Of a stretch of 64,000 bases of DNA, positions 17,812 to 27,961 are shown one piece after another; within the stretch, counting starts at the first letter, position 1; each line of letters begins with the position of its first letter. The stretch comes from Bacillota bacterium. Lineage in GTDB: Bacteria > Bacillota > Clostridia > Christensenellales > SZUA-584. The notes under the pieces were generated by a model. That model was not told the origin of the DNA. It searched no databases and saw nothing but the letters and a program-made list of their open reading frames with translations. Where the stretch lies: positions 9,439 through 73,438 of the forward strand of contig JAEYZN010000039.1 of assembly GCA_023428025.1 (NCBI GenBank), given 5' to 3'. Made by a program: the position numbers and the translations under genes.

Positions 17812-18462
17812 TCATACAGCCTGCTGCGTGAGTCTTGCGCCCAGGTCAAACGCCTTGTCGCAGTCGACAGGAAACTCTTTCTCCCGAACCTTGGCTTTCT
17901 CTCTCTCGTCGAAGACGGTAACGGCGTATTTGGAATAGTCGTCAAACTGATACGTATTGTTGACGATCAGGTGCTCGCAGCTGCCGAACAGGCGCGCCAG
18001 CACCCCTTCCCCCGGCTCCATCACCTCGCTGTATCCCATCTGCTCCATCCGGTCCGCTGTCACGTTCATCGTGTATATGAACCCCGTGGGCAGCTTTCGT
18101 TCAAACAGGCTTTTGTATCCGGTGAGATAGGTCTGATAAGGGAACATCAGCCGCTCCATGAAGGACCGCATCTGCCCCGTTACCGACTTGAAATAGATCG
18201 GGGACCCGAGTATGAGCCCGTCCGCGGTTTCGATGTTTTTCAGTACCGGTGACAGCTCGTCCCGGTATGCGCACTTCCCGTAGCTTTTCCCGCCCTTCAG
18301 TTTGCACGCGAAGCAGCTCACGCAGCCCTTATAGTCCAGATCATACAGGTGGATCAGCTCTGTTTCAGCGCCCAGGGACGCCGCTCCTTCAAGCGCCTTT
18401 TCCAGCAAAATGGCTGTGCTGGCGTTCTTTCTCGGGCTTCCGTTGACGGCGACGATTTTCAT
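17812..18462 (-). CDS. Flavodoxin-fold iron-sulfur flavoprotein / NADPH-dependent FMN reductase
   Basis: MKIVAVNGSPRKNAST..., Cys cluster CVSCFACK, GSPIYF. Confidence 0.85.
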   Translation of the reverse strand: MKIVAVNGSPRKNASTAILLEKALEGAASLGAETELIHLYDLDYKGCVSCFACKLKGGKSYGKCAYRDELSPVLKNIETADGLILGSPIYFKSVTGQMRSFMERLMFPYQTYLTGYKSLFERKLPTGFIYTMNVTADRMEQMGYSEVMEPGEGVLARLFGSCEHLIVNNTYQFDDYSKYAVTVFDEREKAKVREKEFPVDCDKAFDLGARLTQQAV

Positions 18463-18595
18463 TGTTGGTACCTTCTTTTAGTCTTATGAGGGGAATTATA
18501 TATGATGGCAGATCGCTGTACAAGCGTATGCCGGATATCGCGATACAAAAGACCAGCCTTTTGAGACGCCGTTCTGCCGGGGTCACAATCATTCC

Positions 18596-19312
18596 TCACT
18601 TCCCGTTCCCCTCCGCCAGCCGTTTGATCCCCCGCACCGCCACTTCGATCTCCTTCTCACCCGGCGCGGCGGTGGTGACGTGCCGCTGCACCCACAGGCA
18701 CGCGGCAAACAGCGGCTTCAGCCAGCGCAGCTTCGGCAGAGCGAGGAATATCTCGTAGGCCGCGCATATCACGGGCAGCAGAACAAGGCCGTATGGGCAA
18801 AGGATGATGACGGGCGCGCCCAGCAGCAACATGATAACGGCGAGGTTGGTGCCGCAGCGCGGATGCGTCCGTTTCGCCACGGCCACGTTCTCCGCGACCA
18901 GCGGCAGGCGGGCTTCAAAGGTATTGATCGCCATGTGCTCCGCCGCGTGATAACGCCGCGCGGAGGCGAGGCTGCCGCCCTTCACCCGACGGACCAGCCA
19001 GAAGACGCCGCACGCGGCTGCCAGCGCGATCAGCAGCACGGTATCGGTCAGGCCGCCGCCCATGTCCACGCCCGCGATCGTCAGCGCGTCGTTCACGAGC
19101 AGCAGCAGGAGTATGACCCACATGCCGGGCTGCAAGAACATCGTCAGCCCGCGCAGCAACGGAATGCGCCCCAGCCTGCGCCGCACCGCTCTCTGAAACC
19201 CGGAAACGGGGCGCACGCGGACGCTGCCCGCGTTTTCGCCCGCCCGGACGCGCGCCGCGGCTGATTCGAACGTGATGCCCCTGTATGAAGCCTTTCCCCC
19301 AATGCTGCCCAT
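18596..19312 (-). CDS. DUF1385 (YqhQ-like) membrane protein
   Basis: YHAAEHMAINTFE and HPRCGTN motifs, several TM helices. Confidence 0.7.
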   Translation of the reverse strand: MGSIGGKASYRGITFESAAARVRAGENAGSVRVRPVSGFQRAVRRRLGRIPLLRGLTMFLQPGMWVILLLLLVNDALTIAGVDMGGGLTDTVLLIALAAACGVFWLVRRVKGGSLASARRYHAAEHMAINTFEARLPLVAENVAVAKRTHPRCGTNLAVIMLLLGAPVIILCPYGLVLLPVICAAYEIFLALPKLRWLKPLFAACLWVQRHVTTAAPGEKEIEVAVRGIKRLAEGNGK

Positions 19313-19330
19313 ATCAAACCCTTACGGCTG

Positions 19331-20440
19331 TCATCCGCCGCCTTTCAGATATTTATCGAAGAAATCGAGATACGCCCTGCTGATGTCCGCCTCATAGCTG
19401 TCCGCGTCAAAGAGCATGTCCTGCCCGAACATCAGGCACAGCGGCGGCAGCGAATAGACGAGGTCCGTCAGCGTCATGTGCCCCGCGCCCGGCACGTATA
19501 TGTCCTGCGTGTCCGCGCGGTCGTCGTGCAGCACGGCGTTGTTCTGCGCGTACTGCGGCGAGGTGGCGAGGATATCCCACGAGGAATCGGTATACACGTT
19601 CAGCACCGGCACGGGATACGGCGCCTCATCCCACACGAAGCCGTCCGCGTCCGTGCCCTGCACGTCGCCCATGAACGGCGCTTCCAGCGCAACCACGGCG
19701 GACACATCGTTCCGCAGGCGGCCCATGCCCAGCGCGGCGGCCCCGCCCAGCGAGTGGCCCATCACGCCGATTTTGGACATGTCTACCAGCCGGTAAACGC
19801 CGTCCGCGCCGTCCGCTTCCGACAGGGCCTTCACCGTATCGATCACAAAGCCGATGTCGCCGGTACGCACCGCCATCCATTCCCGAAACAGACCCACCAA
19901 CTCCTCGCGCTGCTCCGGCGTGTCGTCGCTTGAGCGCATGATCTGCGCGCGATAGCCGCTGTCCAGCCCCACCGTTTCGCCGTCCGGCCCCGTTGCGCCG
20001 AGGCTTTGGTACGTGTGGTCGATCGCGCAGACGGCATAGCCATGGCTGGCCAGCTCGCGGTACTGCGACGCGTTGCTCACCCGGCTGCCGAACGAGCCGT
20101 GGGAAAACACGATCAGCGGGCAGGTGTTGTCACCGCCTTCGTAATCCGCCGGATACCAGAATTCCACGTTCAGCCACCGGGCCGAGCCGTCGTCCTCGTA
20201 TGTCTCCACGCGGCTTTCGTCCGTGTACGTGGCGGACACCGTCGCGACCTGATAAGGCCCCGTCGTTGCCGGATAGTCCCAGAACGGGAAGCACCAGAAG
20301 CACGCCAGCGCCAGCGCGCCCAGTGCGGAACCGGCTATCAGCAGCCGCTTGACGCTCTTACGCCGCCATTTCCTCACGATGGTGAAGGCCAGAAACGCAA
20401 GAGCCAGGGCGATGGCGATAATGAATATCAGATTTCTCAT
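19331..20440 (-). CDS. Membrane-anchored alpha/beta hydrolase (PAF-acetylhydrolase/dienelactone hydrolase-like)
   Basis: N-terminal TM helices, nucleophile elbow GHSLGG. GGGAG RBS before ATG 20440. Confidence 0.75.
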   Translation of the reverse strand: MRNLIFIIAIALALAFLAFTIVRKWRRKSVKRLLIAGSALGALALACFWCFPFWDYPATTGPYQVATVSATYTDESRVETYEDDGSARWLNVEFWYPADYEGGDNTCPLIVFSHGSFGSRVSNASQYRELASHGYAVCAIDHTYQSLGATGPDGETVGLDSGYRAQIMRSSDDTPEQREELVGLFREWMAVRTGDIGFVIDTVKALSEADGADGVYRLVDMSKIGVMGHSLGGAAALGMGRLRNDVSAVVALEAPFMGDVQGTDADGFVWDEAPYPVPVLNVYTDSSWDILATSPQYAQNNAVLHDDRADTQDIYVPGAGHMTLTDLVYSLPPLCLMFGQDMLFDADSYEADISRAYLDFFDKYLKGGG

Positions 20441-20967
20441 AAACACTCCCGACAGGCCGAACAGCAATGGAGAGCAGGAACCGGCGGTTCCGCCTCACGC
20501 AAAAAGGCCATATATATCATCATCACTGATCATATATGACCCGACCGCCTTTATCAAGCGCAACGCCGCCCGGAGCAGATACCGCACTTCGTGCAGATGG
20601 CGTTCACGACGTTAGCCCTTTGCCTGATCTCCGGGCCTGTATATCCTCAATGATCGGGCTCTTCATCAGCTACGGCCACAGGGCGCGCTGCTCGGCAAAT
20701 ACCCGATGGATGACGCGGTATTCGAGCAGGTCGTGCAGATCTGCCGGCGCGCGTTTGTAATATACATTCCGTGCTTCTGTCCACATTCCTTACACCGTTC
20801 CGGCGTCCCATATTTGACTATATCCGAGATATATTTACAAACTCTTCATAGCGTGGTAACATGATGCCAACGAAAAGCGCGCCGCGGGCGCAAATTCCGC
20901 GCTGCCATGCGCTTTAGCCCCGGTATGCCGCAAGCCCCCATTCACCGCCCGACAGGAGGCCGCCGAT

Positions 20968-22353
20968 ATGCCAAAACCTTCCGCATCCAGGCATCACCCG
21001 ACACAAAAAAGCTTAAACCCGCTGCGCGAATCCCTCCGCATCGTGCTGCCTTATGTCGTCCTCGGCTGCTTGTGGATATTCTTCAGCGATTCGCTTTTGA
21101 ACCTCGCCACGGACCCGCAGGGGATGGTGCTGATATCCAACATCAAGGGCTGGGCTTACGTGGCCGTCACCGCGGCGCTGATGTGGGCGCTGATCTACAG
21201 CCGCGCCCGGCGGATGCAGGCGAGCGAAGCGGAGCTGGCGGACAGCGAAGCGCGGTTCAAGCTGCTGGTGGAAAGCGCGCCCGACGCTGTGTTTGTGTAT
21301 GCGGGCAACCGCCTCGTCTACGTCAACGCGAAGACGCTGGAGCTGCTCGGCGCGGCGCAGGAGGGCGAGCTGCTGGGCCGCAGCATCGAGGAGTTTATGC
21401 CCGCCGAACATCGGGACGCCATGATGGAGAGGGTGCGCCTGACCAGCGAAGAGGGGCTATCCCAGTCCGCCAATGAGGAGATCATACTGCGGCCCGGCGG
21501 CGGACAAATAGAGGTGGAAGCCTCCACCGTGCCGATACGGTTCGGCGGCAGCAGCGCCACCCTCGTGTATATGCGCGACATCACCGAACGCAAGCAGTAC
21601 GAGCAGAACCGGCAGCGGCTGGAGCTGCAGCTTCGCCAGAAGCACCGGCTGGAATCCATCGGCACGCTGGCCAGCGGCATCGGCCACGAGATCAACAACC
21701 CCGTCACCGGCATCATCAACTACGCGCAGCTGATCGCCGACCACCCTTCCGCCGACGAACAGGTCCGAGAATACAGCCGCGAGATCATGCACGAGGGCAG
21801 GCGGGTGGCGGACACGGTGAAGAACCTGCTGAGCTTTTCGCGCTATGACGCCGAGGCTTGTGCACCCGCCCCCGTCAAAACGATCGTGTCCCAGACGATA
21901 TCGCTCACCGGGGCGGCGCTGCGGCACGACCGGATCAGCCTCACCGTCAGCATCGCGGACGGCCTGCCCGACATCAACTGCTGCGCCCAGCAGATACGGC
22001 AGGTGTTGATGAACCTGCTGACCAACGCGCGCGACGCGCTGAACGCCCGTTACAGCGGCTCCGACGAGAACAAGAAGCTGCGCGTCTCTGCCGAAGCCAC
22101 TCAGCGGAACGGGCAGCCTTGGGTGCGCATCACCGTGGAAGACCACGGCATCGGCATACGCGAGGACCTGTTGCCCCGGCTGTTCGACCCGTTTTTCACC
22201 ACCAGCATGCGCAGCGAGCACGCGGGCATCGGGCTGTCCGTCTGCCTCGCCATCGTGAAGGAGCACCGCGGCGATATCTGGTTCGAGACGCAGCCGGGTG
22301 AGTACACCCGCGCCATCGTGGAGCTTCCCGCGGGCGGTGAAGTTCTGCTATAA
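20968..22353 (+). CDS. PAS-domain sensor histidine kinase (no cognate receiver gene nearby)
   Basis: Two TM helices, PAS (FKLLVESAPDAVFVY), H-box SGIGHEINNP, N box LLTNARDAL, G boxes DHGIGI / GIGLSV. AGGAGG RBS. Confidence 0.9.
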   Translation: MPKPSASRHHPTQKSLNPLRESLRIVLPYVVLGCLWIFFSDSLLNLATDPQGMVLISNIKGWAYVAVTAALMWALIYSRARRMQASEAELADSEARFKLLVESAPDAVFVYAGNRLVYVNAKTLELLGAAQEGELLGRSIEEFMPAEHRDAMMERVRLTSEEGLSQSANEEIILRPGGGQIEVEASTVPIRFGGSSATLVYMRDITERKQYEQNRQRLELQLRQKHRLESIGTLASGIGHEINNPVTGIINYAQLIADHPSADEQVREYSREIMHEGRRVADTVKNLLSFSRYDAEACAPAPVKTIVSQTISLTGAALRHDRISLTVSIADGLPDINCCAQQIRQVLMNLLTNARDALNARYSGSDENKKLRVSAEATQRNGQPWVRITVEDHGIGIREDLLPRLFDPFFTTSMRSEHAGIGLSVCLAIVKEHRGDIWFETQPGEYTRAIVELPAGGEVLL

Positions 22354-22385
22354 TGGGATCATAACGGACAACAAGGAGTGGCAGC

Positions 22386-23078
22386 ATGAGCATACGGCAG
22401 CTTGACATATGGAACCAGTGGCACCGGGATATGGCGCTGGTGATAAAGGGCGGCAATCCCATCATCGACGGCGGCATATACGTGTATACGAACGAGCACG
22501 CCGGGCACGCGCACGCGTGCGGCTGCGAAGACCACGAGCACTGCGGCTGCGGCCACGCGCATGACGGCTACGGCATCCAAAACGACGCCTTCATCAACAT
22601 GCTCTATTTTGCCGCCGTCCGCGCCAAGGCGGGCGTCAGGGTGTTCGGGCTGGGCGACGAAGATTTTGCGGTCAGCTTCGACGAGCTGAAAACCATCGGG
22701 ACGCCCATCGACCAGCTCAGCACGCTTTTCGGCTACAAAACGGGCCAGATCAGCCTTGAACAGTTCGCGCAGGAATTCAAAGACCAGACCGTCTACTATT
22801 CCACGCTGGCAGGCGAAGACGACCGGGGCGAAACAAAGATGTTCGCGTGCGCGTCCGGCGATGACGCGGCGCCCTTCTATCCCGTCTTTTTGACTGGGGA
22901 ACACCTGCGCGAATTTTTCGAACAGTATCAGAGAACCGGATATGTGATTCTGGAAAACACGCTCGGACAGTTCCTGTCATTGCTGGATTCCAATGATCAG
23001 CTGAAGGCGTTCGGCGCGGTGATCGAGCCGCTGTACAGCTGCAACGTCGCCTTTCCGCCGGGGTTTCGGGTGGGGTGA
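22386..23078 (+). CDS. Hypothetical protein with His/Cys-rich N-terminal patch (possibly SseB-like C-terminal part)
   Basis: HAGHAHACGCEDHEHCGCGHAHDG. Starts 33 nt after the kinase stop. No family recognised with certainty. Confidence 0.5.
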   Translation: MSIRQLDIWNQWHRDMALVIKGGNPIIDGGIYVYTNEHAGHAHACGCEDHEHCGCGHAHDGYGIQNDAFINMLYFAAVRAKAGVRVFGLGDEDFAVSFDELKTIGTPIDQLSTLFGYKTGQISLEQFAQEFKDQTVYYSTLAGEDDRGETKMFACASGDDAAPFYPVFLTGEHLREFFEQYQRTGYVILENTLGQFLSLLDSNDQLKAFGAVIEPLYSCNVAFPPGFRVG

Positions 23079-23240
23079 TTTAGGATGCGGCGACTCTCCC
23101 TTCCTCAGGGTCCGTCGTGTGTCTTCTGTAATTATTTTGCAGCATGAACGTTTAACGAAGCGCCGAAAAGATCGCGCTGGTGACCGTATTGTCCATACTC
23201 CGGGCTGGTTATCTGAAAGGTATGGTTTGCGTAAACACAA

Positions 23241-23280
23241 AACGGCTGTATGGTAGACCGTTCAATACAGCCGTTTTTTT
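23241..23280 (+). terminator. Rho-independent terminator
   Basis: AACGGCTGTAT...ATACAGCCGTT stem followed by T7. Confidence 0.7.
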
Positions 23281-23385
23281 CGTTACGGGGTCCCCTAAAA
23301 GCGAAGCTTTTTGGGGTGTGGTTCATTCGCATATCAGCATCAGGTCCGAAAGAGGCTTGCGATTATGTTTCATGTTTCGATGATC

Positions 23386-23631
23386 TCACTTTTCTTCAAA
23401 TTCCAGAAACTTTGCAGGAGGGATATGAAACAGGTCGGCTATGGCAAAGAGAGTTTTCAATGATATGGGCTGGACAAAATTTGGCGTTTCCACCTGCGAA
23501 AGGTAACCGGGGCTGATACCGACCAGCTCTGCAAGCCGCTCCTGCGTCATGCCGTTCATTTTTCGATAATAAGCGATTTTCAGGCCGATTTGGATATATC
23601 GCCTGTCATTCAAATCTGTTGTTCTTTGCAC
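23386..23631 (-). CDS. XRE-family HTH regulator
   Basis: IAYYRKMNGMTQERLAELVGISPGYLSQVE. Confidence 0.85.
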   Translation of the reverse strand: MQRTTDLNDRRYIQIGLKIAYYRKMNGMTQERLAELVGISPGYLSQVETPNFVQPISLKTLFAIADLFHIPPAKFLEFEEK

Positions 23632-23764
23632 TTTTATTCACCTCGGTAATAGTCTATATATTTACAAGATGGAGGTGAACATTGTATAATATAGATTATT
23701 ATATGTATAACCTATATTATATATAATATAACTTAGTAAAAACAATAAAATAGGATGGGGAGAT

Positions 23765-23950
23765 ATGAATGATCTGCACAAAAAAACGAAAGAGAACGGA
23801 ATAAGCTTGCCCTCCTTGTCAACCAAGCCATTCAAGACAATAAACCTATTGGGAACCAACGAGGTGATTCTCACCCAAAGCCGCAAGCTGGGCCTCCTTA
23901 TTGGCGAACTGGCCAAGCAAAGAAAAATCAAGCCCAGCGCCGGGAAATAG
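23765..23950 (+). CDS. Small basic hypothetical protein, divergent from the XRE gene
   Basis: GGGGAG RBS and an AT-rich divergent promoter region. No recognisable family. Confidence 0.35.
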   Translation: MNDLHKKTKENGISLPSLSTKPFKTINLLGTNEVILTQSRKLGLLIGELAKQRKIKPSAGK

Positions 23951-24070
23951 CGGGATTCTGCGTACCGTCCCATTGCTCTTCCTCCCATACAGAAACTACA
24001 TCATATTTTTCCAGTAGAATCTGCGCTCTTAGCCTTTGGTACAATGGCAAAAAACTACAGGAGCCATGAC

Positions 24071-24463
24071 ATGAAAGTATTATTGTGGAATGAATGCGAG
24101 CGGTATTATTATCCTGAAAGCATATTAACCCTCGATGCATTTGTCGAATATGCGGATGCTCACCGTCACAAGCTCATCCCGCTGTACATGCTGGCAACGG
24201 ACAATTGTGTGCATCCTTTTTACATCGAAGAAGAAAAGAAATTATGCTACCTGAACGTGTCCAGCGTGAGCAGCATCTCCGAGGACGATGTGGAAGTGCT
24301 TTCCCGAAGCGAGTATGAAAACCGTCTCCGGCAAGTCATCAATGCGTTTTGTATTCATTGCGTCAGTTATGAAGAAGATTCAAACAGCGATCATTTAAAA
24401 AATTTCATGAAAGGCTGTGCCTCGACGGGACATGCTGGGCCTATGAAAAGAAGCGGGGATTAG
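24071..24463 (+). CDS. Hypothetical protein (low G+C)
   Basis: AGGAG RBS 7 nt before ATG 24071. No motif recognised. Confidence 0.45.
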   Translation: MKVLLWNECERYYYPESILTLDAFVEYADAHRHKLIPLYMLATDNCVHPFYIEEEKKLCYLNVSSVSSISEDDVEVLSRSEYENRLRQVINAFCIHCVSYEEDSNSDHLKNFMKGCASTGHAGPMKRSGD

Positions 24464-24589
24464 GCCGAAGCCGGCGAGCATTTTAGCGAATCGGCCAGTG
24501 TCACGGTGCGAAAAAGATAAAGAAAACAAGCCTCTGTCACCGCCATTATTGTGCAGCAGAGGTAAAAGAACAAAGAAATTTCGCCGGCC

Positions 24590-24784
24590 TTATGCTCCTA
24601 AAGATTTCAGCACTTCATAAACCAGAAAAACCGGCCACACAATCGCTTTCAGGAATCCCAGTACGCCTATCCAAAAAGTTGTGGCGACGGAGATGTAGTA
24701 AATAGCCGCCCCTATGAACCCCAGTCCATAAACCGCGTCGGAAGTATAATGGTTCTTCCCTTTCGAACTACTTTCTTCTTTCAT
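24590..24784 (-). CDS. Small two-TM membrane protein
   Basis: GGGGAGGG RBS before ATG 24784. MKEESSSKGKNHYTSDAVYGLGFIGAAIYYI... Confidence 0.55.
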   Translation of the reverse strand: MKEESSSKGKNHYTSDAVYGLGFIGAAIYYISVATTFWIGVLGFLKAIVWPVFLVYEVLKSLGA

Positions 24785-25189
24785 GTGACTTACCCTCCCC
24801 AATTGAATGATTTCATCGTAAATTATGAAAAGCCAATTGTTAATATTCTGCATATTTCAAATATTTCATGCCAAACCTCCGTGAGGATTTTACTGGCTAT
24901 TTCTACAGACAGGCGGCATTTCCCTGCAAGGCGCAATGCGGACGTTCACGCAAACACCGGTAGCTGCATATGAAGGACGAATTCTCTCGGCGCGTACGGG
25001 AATTCGCGCCCTACGGCGAACCGGATAATGCGAAGAGATGTGCAGTGATAATATGGCAACGTTGATGCGGTGAAAGAATAACGCGCAGTACCAATATTAC
25101 CTCGAATTCCGCATTGATATATTCCGCGCATTAAAAAAAGCCCTGATCTCCAGAGCCTTTTCTACGTTTATGCGCTCGTCTCCAGCGCT

Positions 25190-26590
25190 CTAGCGCCGCT
25201 TGATAACCCTTCCCTGTCGGGATCCCTGCCCTTGCCAGGGCCTGTCCGACGGCGGCAGCGGCGCATGGCGACGACGGGGCGCATCCTTTTCGGACAGCAT
25301 CTTGAGCAGCGCCGCCGCGATGTCCATCGTCGTCAGCTCCGGTGCCTCTCCGGCTTGTGCGTTCACCGCGTCCGTCAGCTCTTCCACATACGGAATGAAC
25401 GAATCGTAACCGCCCTCCGCGGCGAATTCCGCCGCCTTTTTAAGCAGCGCCCCCATGCGGCTTTCTTCAATGTCCAGCAGCGTCGGCGGCTTGACGGCCT
25501 TGATGATCGCCTTGGTGTAGCGCTGAATGGCGCGCAGCTTGTTATAATCCCGTCCGGTGATGAACGTATAGGCCCGGCCCGTCTTGCCCGCGCGTCCCGT
25601 ACGCCCGATGCGGTGCACGTAATACTCTTCGTCATTGGGCATATCGTAATTGAATACCGCTTCAATGTCGTCCACATCCAGGCCGCGGGCCGCCACGTCG
25701 GTCGCCACCAGCATGCCCACCTCGCCGCTTTTGAACCGCGTCAATATAGCGCTGCGCTCGTTCTGCCGGATATCACCGTGCAGCGCCTCGGCGGAGTAGC
25801 CCCGCGCCTTTAAGCTGAACGCCAGCGCGTCGGCGCCCCGCTTGGTGCTGCAGAACACCAGGCACAACGCATAATTGTTGCCGTCCACCACGCGGCACAG
25901 CACATCCAGCTTGGCCGCTTCGCGCACTTCAATATAATACTGCTCGATGCCCTGCACCGTCAGCTCCTTGTGCAGTATCTGTATGTGCTCGGGATTTTTC
26001 TGAAACCGCCGTGTCAGGTCCAGTATCGGCCTGGACATCGTCGCGGAAAACAGCACGGTCTGCCTGTCCTCCGGCGTCTTCTTCAGTATCGTTTCCATGT
26101 CCTCCAGAAAACCCATGCTCAGCATCTCGTCCGCTTCGTCGAGTATCACCACGCGCAGGCTGTCCAGCTTGATCGTGCCTCTGCGCATGTGGTCCATCAC
26201 GCGCCCCGGTGTGCCGATGATGATCTGAGGCCGCCTCTTCAGCGACTGTATCTGCCTGTCCATGGACTGTCCGCCGTATATCGGCAGTATGCGCACGCCC
26301 TCCACGAATTTTGATACGCTTTGGAACTCCTCCGCTGTCTGGATGGCCAGCTCGCGTGTGGGGCAAAGCACCAGCACCTGCACATAGCCGGTGTCCTCCG
26401 TCAGCGATTGCACGGCGGGTATCGCAAACGCGCACGTCTTGCCGGTGCCGGTCTGCGCCTGACCGATCACGTCGCGCCCCGCCATAATGGGAACGATCGT
26501 TTTTTCCTGTATCGGTGTCGGCTCCTCAAAGCCCATCGCCTGTATCCCCCGCAGCACCTCTGCGGACAGCTCTAATTCCGAAAACTGCAA
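25190..26590 (-). CDS. DEAD-box ATP-dependent RNA helicase
   Basis: Q motif PTPIQ, AQTGTGKT, DEAD, SAT, HRIGRTGRAG. TTG start at 26590 behind a GGAGAGGG RBS. Confidence 0.95.
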   Translation of the reverse strand: MQFSELELSAEVLRGIQAMGFEEPTPIQEKTIVPIMAGRDVIGQAQTGTGKTCAFAIPAVQSLTEDTGYVQVLVLCPTRELAIQTAEEFQSVSKFVEGVRILPIYGGQSMDRQIQSLKRRPQIIIGTPGRVMDHMRRGTIKLDSLRVVILDEADEMLSMGFLEDMETILKKTPEDRQTVLFSATMSRPILDLTRRFQKNPEHIQILHKELTVQGIEQYYIEVREAAKLDVLCRVVDGNNYALCLVFCSTKRGADALAFSLKARGYSAEALHGDIRQNERSAILTRFKSGEVGMLVATDVAARGLDVDDIEAVFNYDMPNDEEYYVHRIGRTGRAGKTGRAYTFITGRDYNKLRAIQRYTKAIIKAVKPPTLLDIEESRMGALLKKAAEFAAEGGYDSFIPYVEELTDAVNAQAGEAPELTTMDIAAALLKMLSEKDAPRRRHAPLPPSDRPWQGQGSRQGRVIKRR

Positions 26591-26791
26591 ATTGATTACC
26601 CTCTCCTGCTCTCTTTTATGAGATATTTTATACCAACGGTTAAAAAGTAAACCAATCAATGCTATACCATATCGCGCCCGATGTCCACATAATATTCTCC
26701 CGACGGCTCTGTTGCACTTGTATTATCCGCGCTGTACTCATTATAATGATTATGATAAATCGCCTTGGATTACGGATTGGAGGCACAATGC

Positions 26792-27514
26792 ATGATTGAC
26801 TTTACGAAGATTCCATCAAAAAAAGAAGCGGGCAAGCTGTTTGACTACGCCATCCTTCCCAAGCAGACCACGGAAAAAGAGATTCGCGACGCCTGCAAAG
26901 AGGCCATCGAATACAACGTGAAGGCGCTCTGCTTCTCGTCCTCCTATTGGACGCCCATCGTGGCGGAAGAGCTGAAAGGCACCGGTATTCTGGTGGGCGC
27001 CGGCATCGGCTTTCCGTTCGGCCAGCAAAGCAGCGCGGTCAAGGCGTTCGAAACGGAAGAAGCCGTGCGGCTGGGCGCCACCGTGCTGGACAACTGCATG
27101 AACGTAGGCGCGCTGAAAGACAAAAAATACGCCGAGATCCGTCAGGAATTTAAAGAGTACAAGAAAGCCGCCGGTCCTGCCGTCACCAAAATGATCATCG
27201 AGGTCTGCTACCTGACGGACGACGAGATAAAAGCCGCCTGCGACCTGGTCGCGGAGGCGGGCATCGACTGGGTCAAGTCATCCTCCGGCCAGTACGAAGG
27301 GCCGACGCTGGAACAGGTCATCCTGATGAGCGACTGCGTCAAACATACATCTGCGAAAGTCAAGGTGTCCGGCGTGAAATTCCCGCGTCCCCAGAACGCC
27401 TATGCCTATCTTCTGGCCGGGGCCGAGCTGATCGGCTCGCGCGCCGCGGTCGAGATCATCAACGCCTTCGACACGATGAGAAGCATCGGTATGCTCCCGC
27501 CCTACGCCGGATAA
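26792..27514 (+). CDS. DeoC/LacD-family aldolase (deoxyribose-phosphate aldolase-like)
   Basis: GFPFGQ, Schiff-base-type VKSSSG, GGAGG RBS before ATG 26792. Confidence 0.75.
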   Translation: MIDFTKIPSKKEAGKLFDYAILPKQTTEKEIRDACKEAIEYNVKALCFSSSYWTPIVAEELKGTGILVGAGIGFPFGQQSSAVKAFETEEAVRLGATVLDNCMNVGALKDKKYAEIRQEFKEYKKAAGPAVTKMIIEVCYLTDDEIKAACDLVAEAGIDWVKSSSGQYEGPTLEQVILMSDCVKHTSAKVKVSGVKFPRPQNAYAYLLAGAELIGSRAAVEIINAFDTMRSIGMLPPYAG

Positions 27515-27625
27515 GCAGGCGGCGTTGCCCGGCCCTTGCCGCGGTATAAGGAGAAGACCAGCCGCAAATAGCCAGTCTCCCCCCTCCGCTCCTCTTTTTT
27601 CGTGTGCCGGAATCCTTCCTGCCCG

Positions 27626-27943
27626 TCACGCAGCCGCCAGCTTCAGCCCCACAATGCCCGCGAGGATCAGCACCAGAAAGACGATCCTCAGGATATTTAC
27701 CGGCTCGCCAAAAAGCAGCATGCCCAGCAGCACCGCGCCCAAAGCGCCGATCCCCGTCCAGACGGCGTACGCCGTCCCCATCGGCAGCGTTTTGGTCGCC
27801 AGCGACAGCAGATAGAAGCTGACGATCATGCCCCCGATCGTGATCAGCGACGGATACAGCTTCGTGAACCCATGGGAGTATTTCAGCCCTGTTGCCCATA
27901 CCACCTCAAAAATCCCCGCGATGAAAAGATAGACCCATGCCAT
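27626..27943 (-). CDS. sugE: SMR-family SugE/Gdx guanidinium exporter
   Basis: 105 aa, [23 protein letters not shown]..., four TM helices, GGAGGA RBS. Confidence 0.9.
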   Translation of the reverse strand: MAWVYLFIAGIFEVVWATGLKYSHGFTKLYPSLITIGGMIVSFYLLSLATKTLPMGTAYAVWTGIGALGAVLLGMLLFGEPVNILRIVFLVLILAGIVGLKLAAA

Positions 27944-27961
27944 GTATTTGTCCTCCTTCGG

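Noticed and set aside
20540-20790. Minus-strand coding-like fragments (MWTEARNVYYKRAPADLHDLLEYRVIHRVFAEQRALWP-stop-LMKSPIIEDIQ..., and a ferredoxin-like NAICTKCGICS piece).
   Set aside because: There is no usable RBS spacing, the pieces are interrupted by stops and frame changes, and no family is recognised. Possibly another decayed gene, but the evidence is too thin to annotate.
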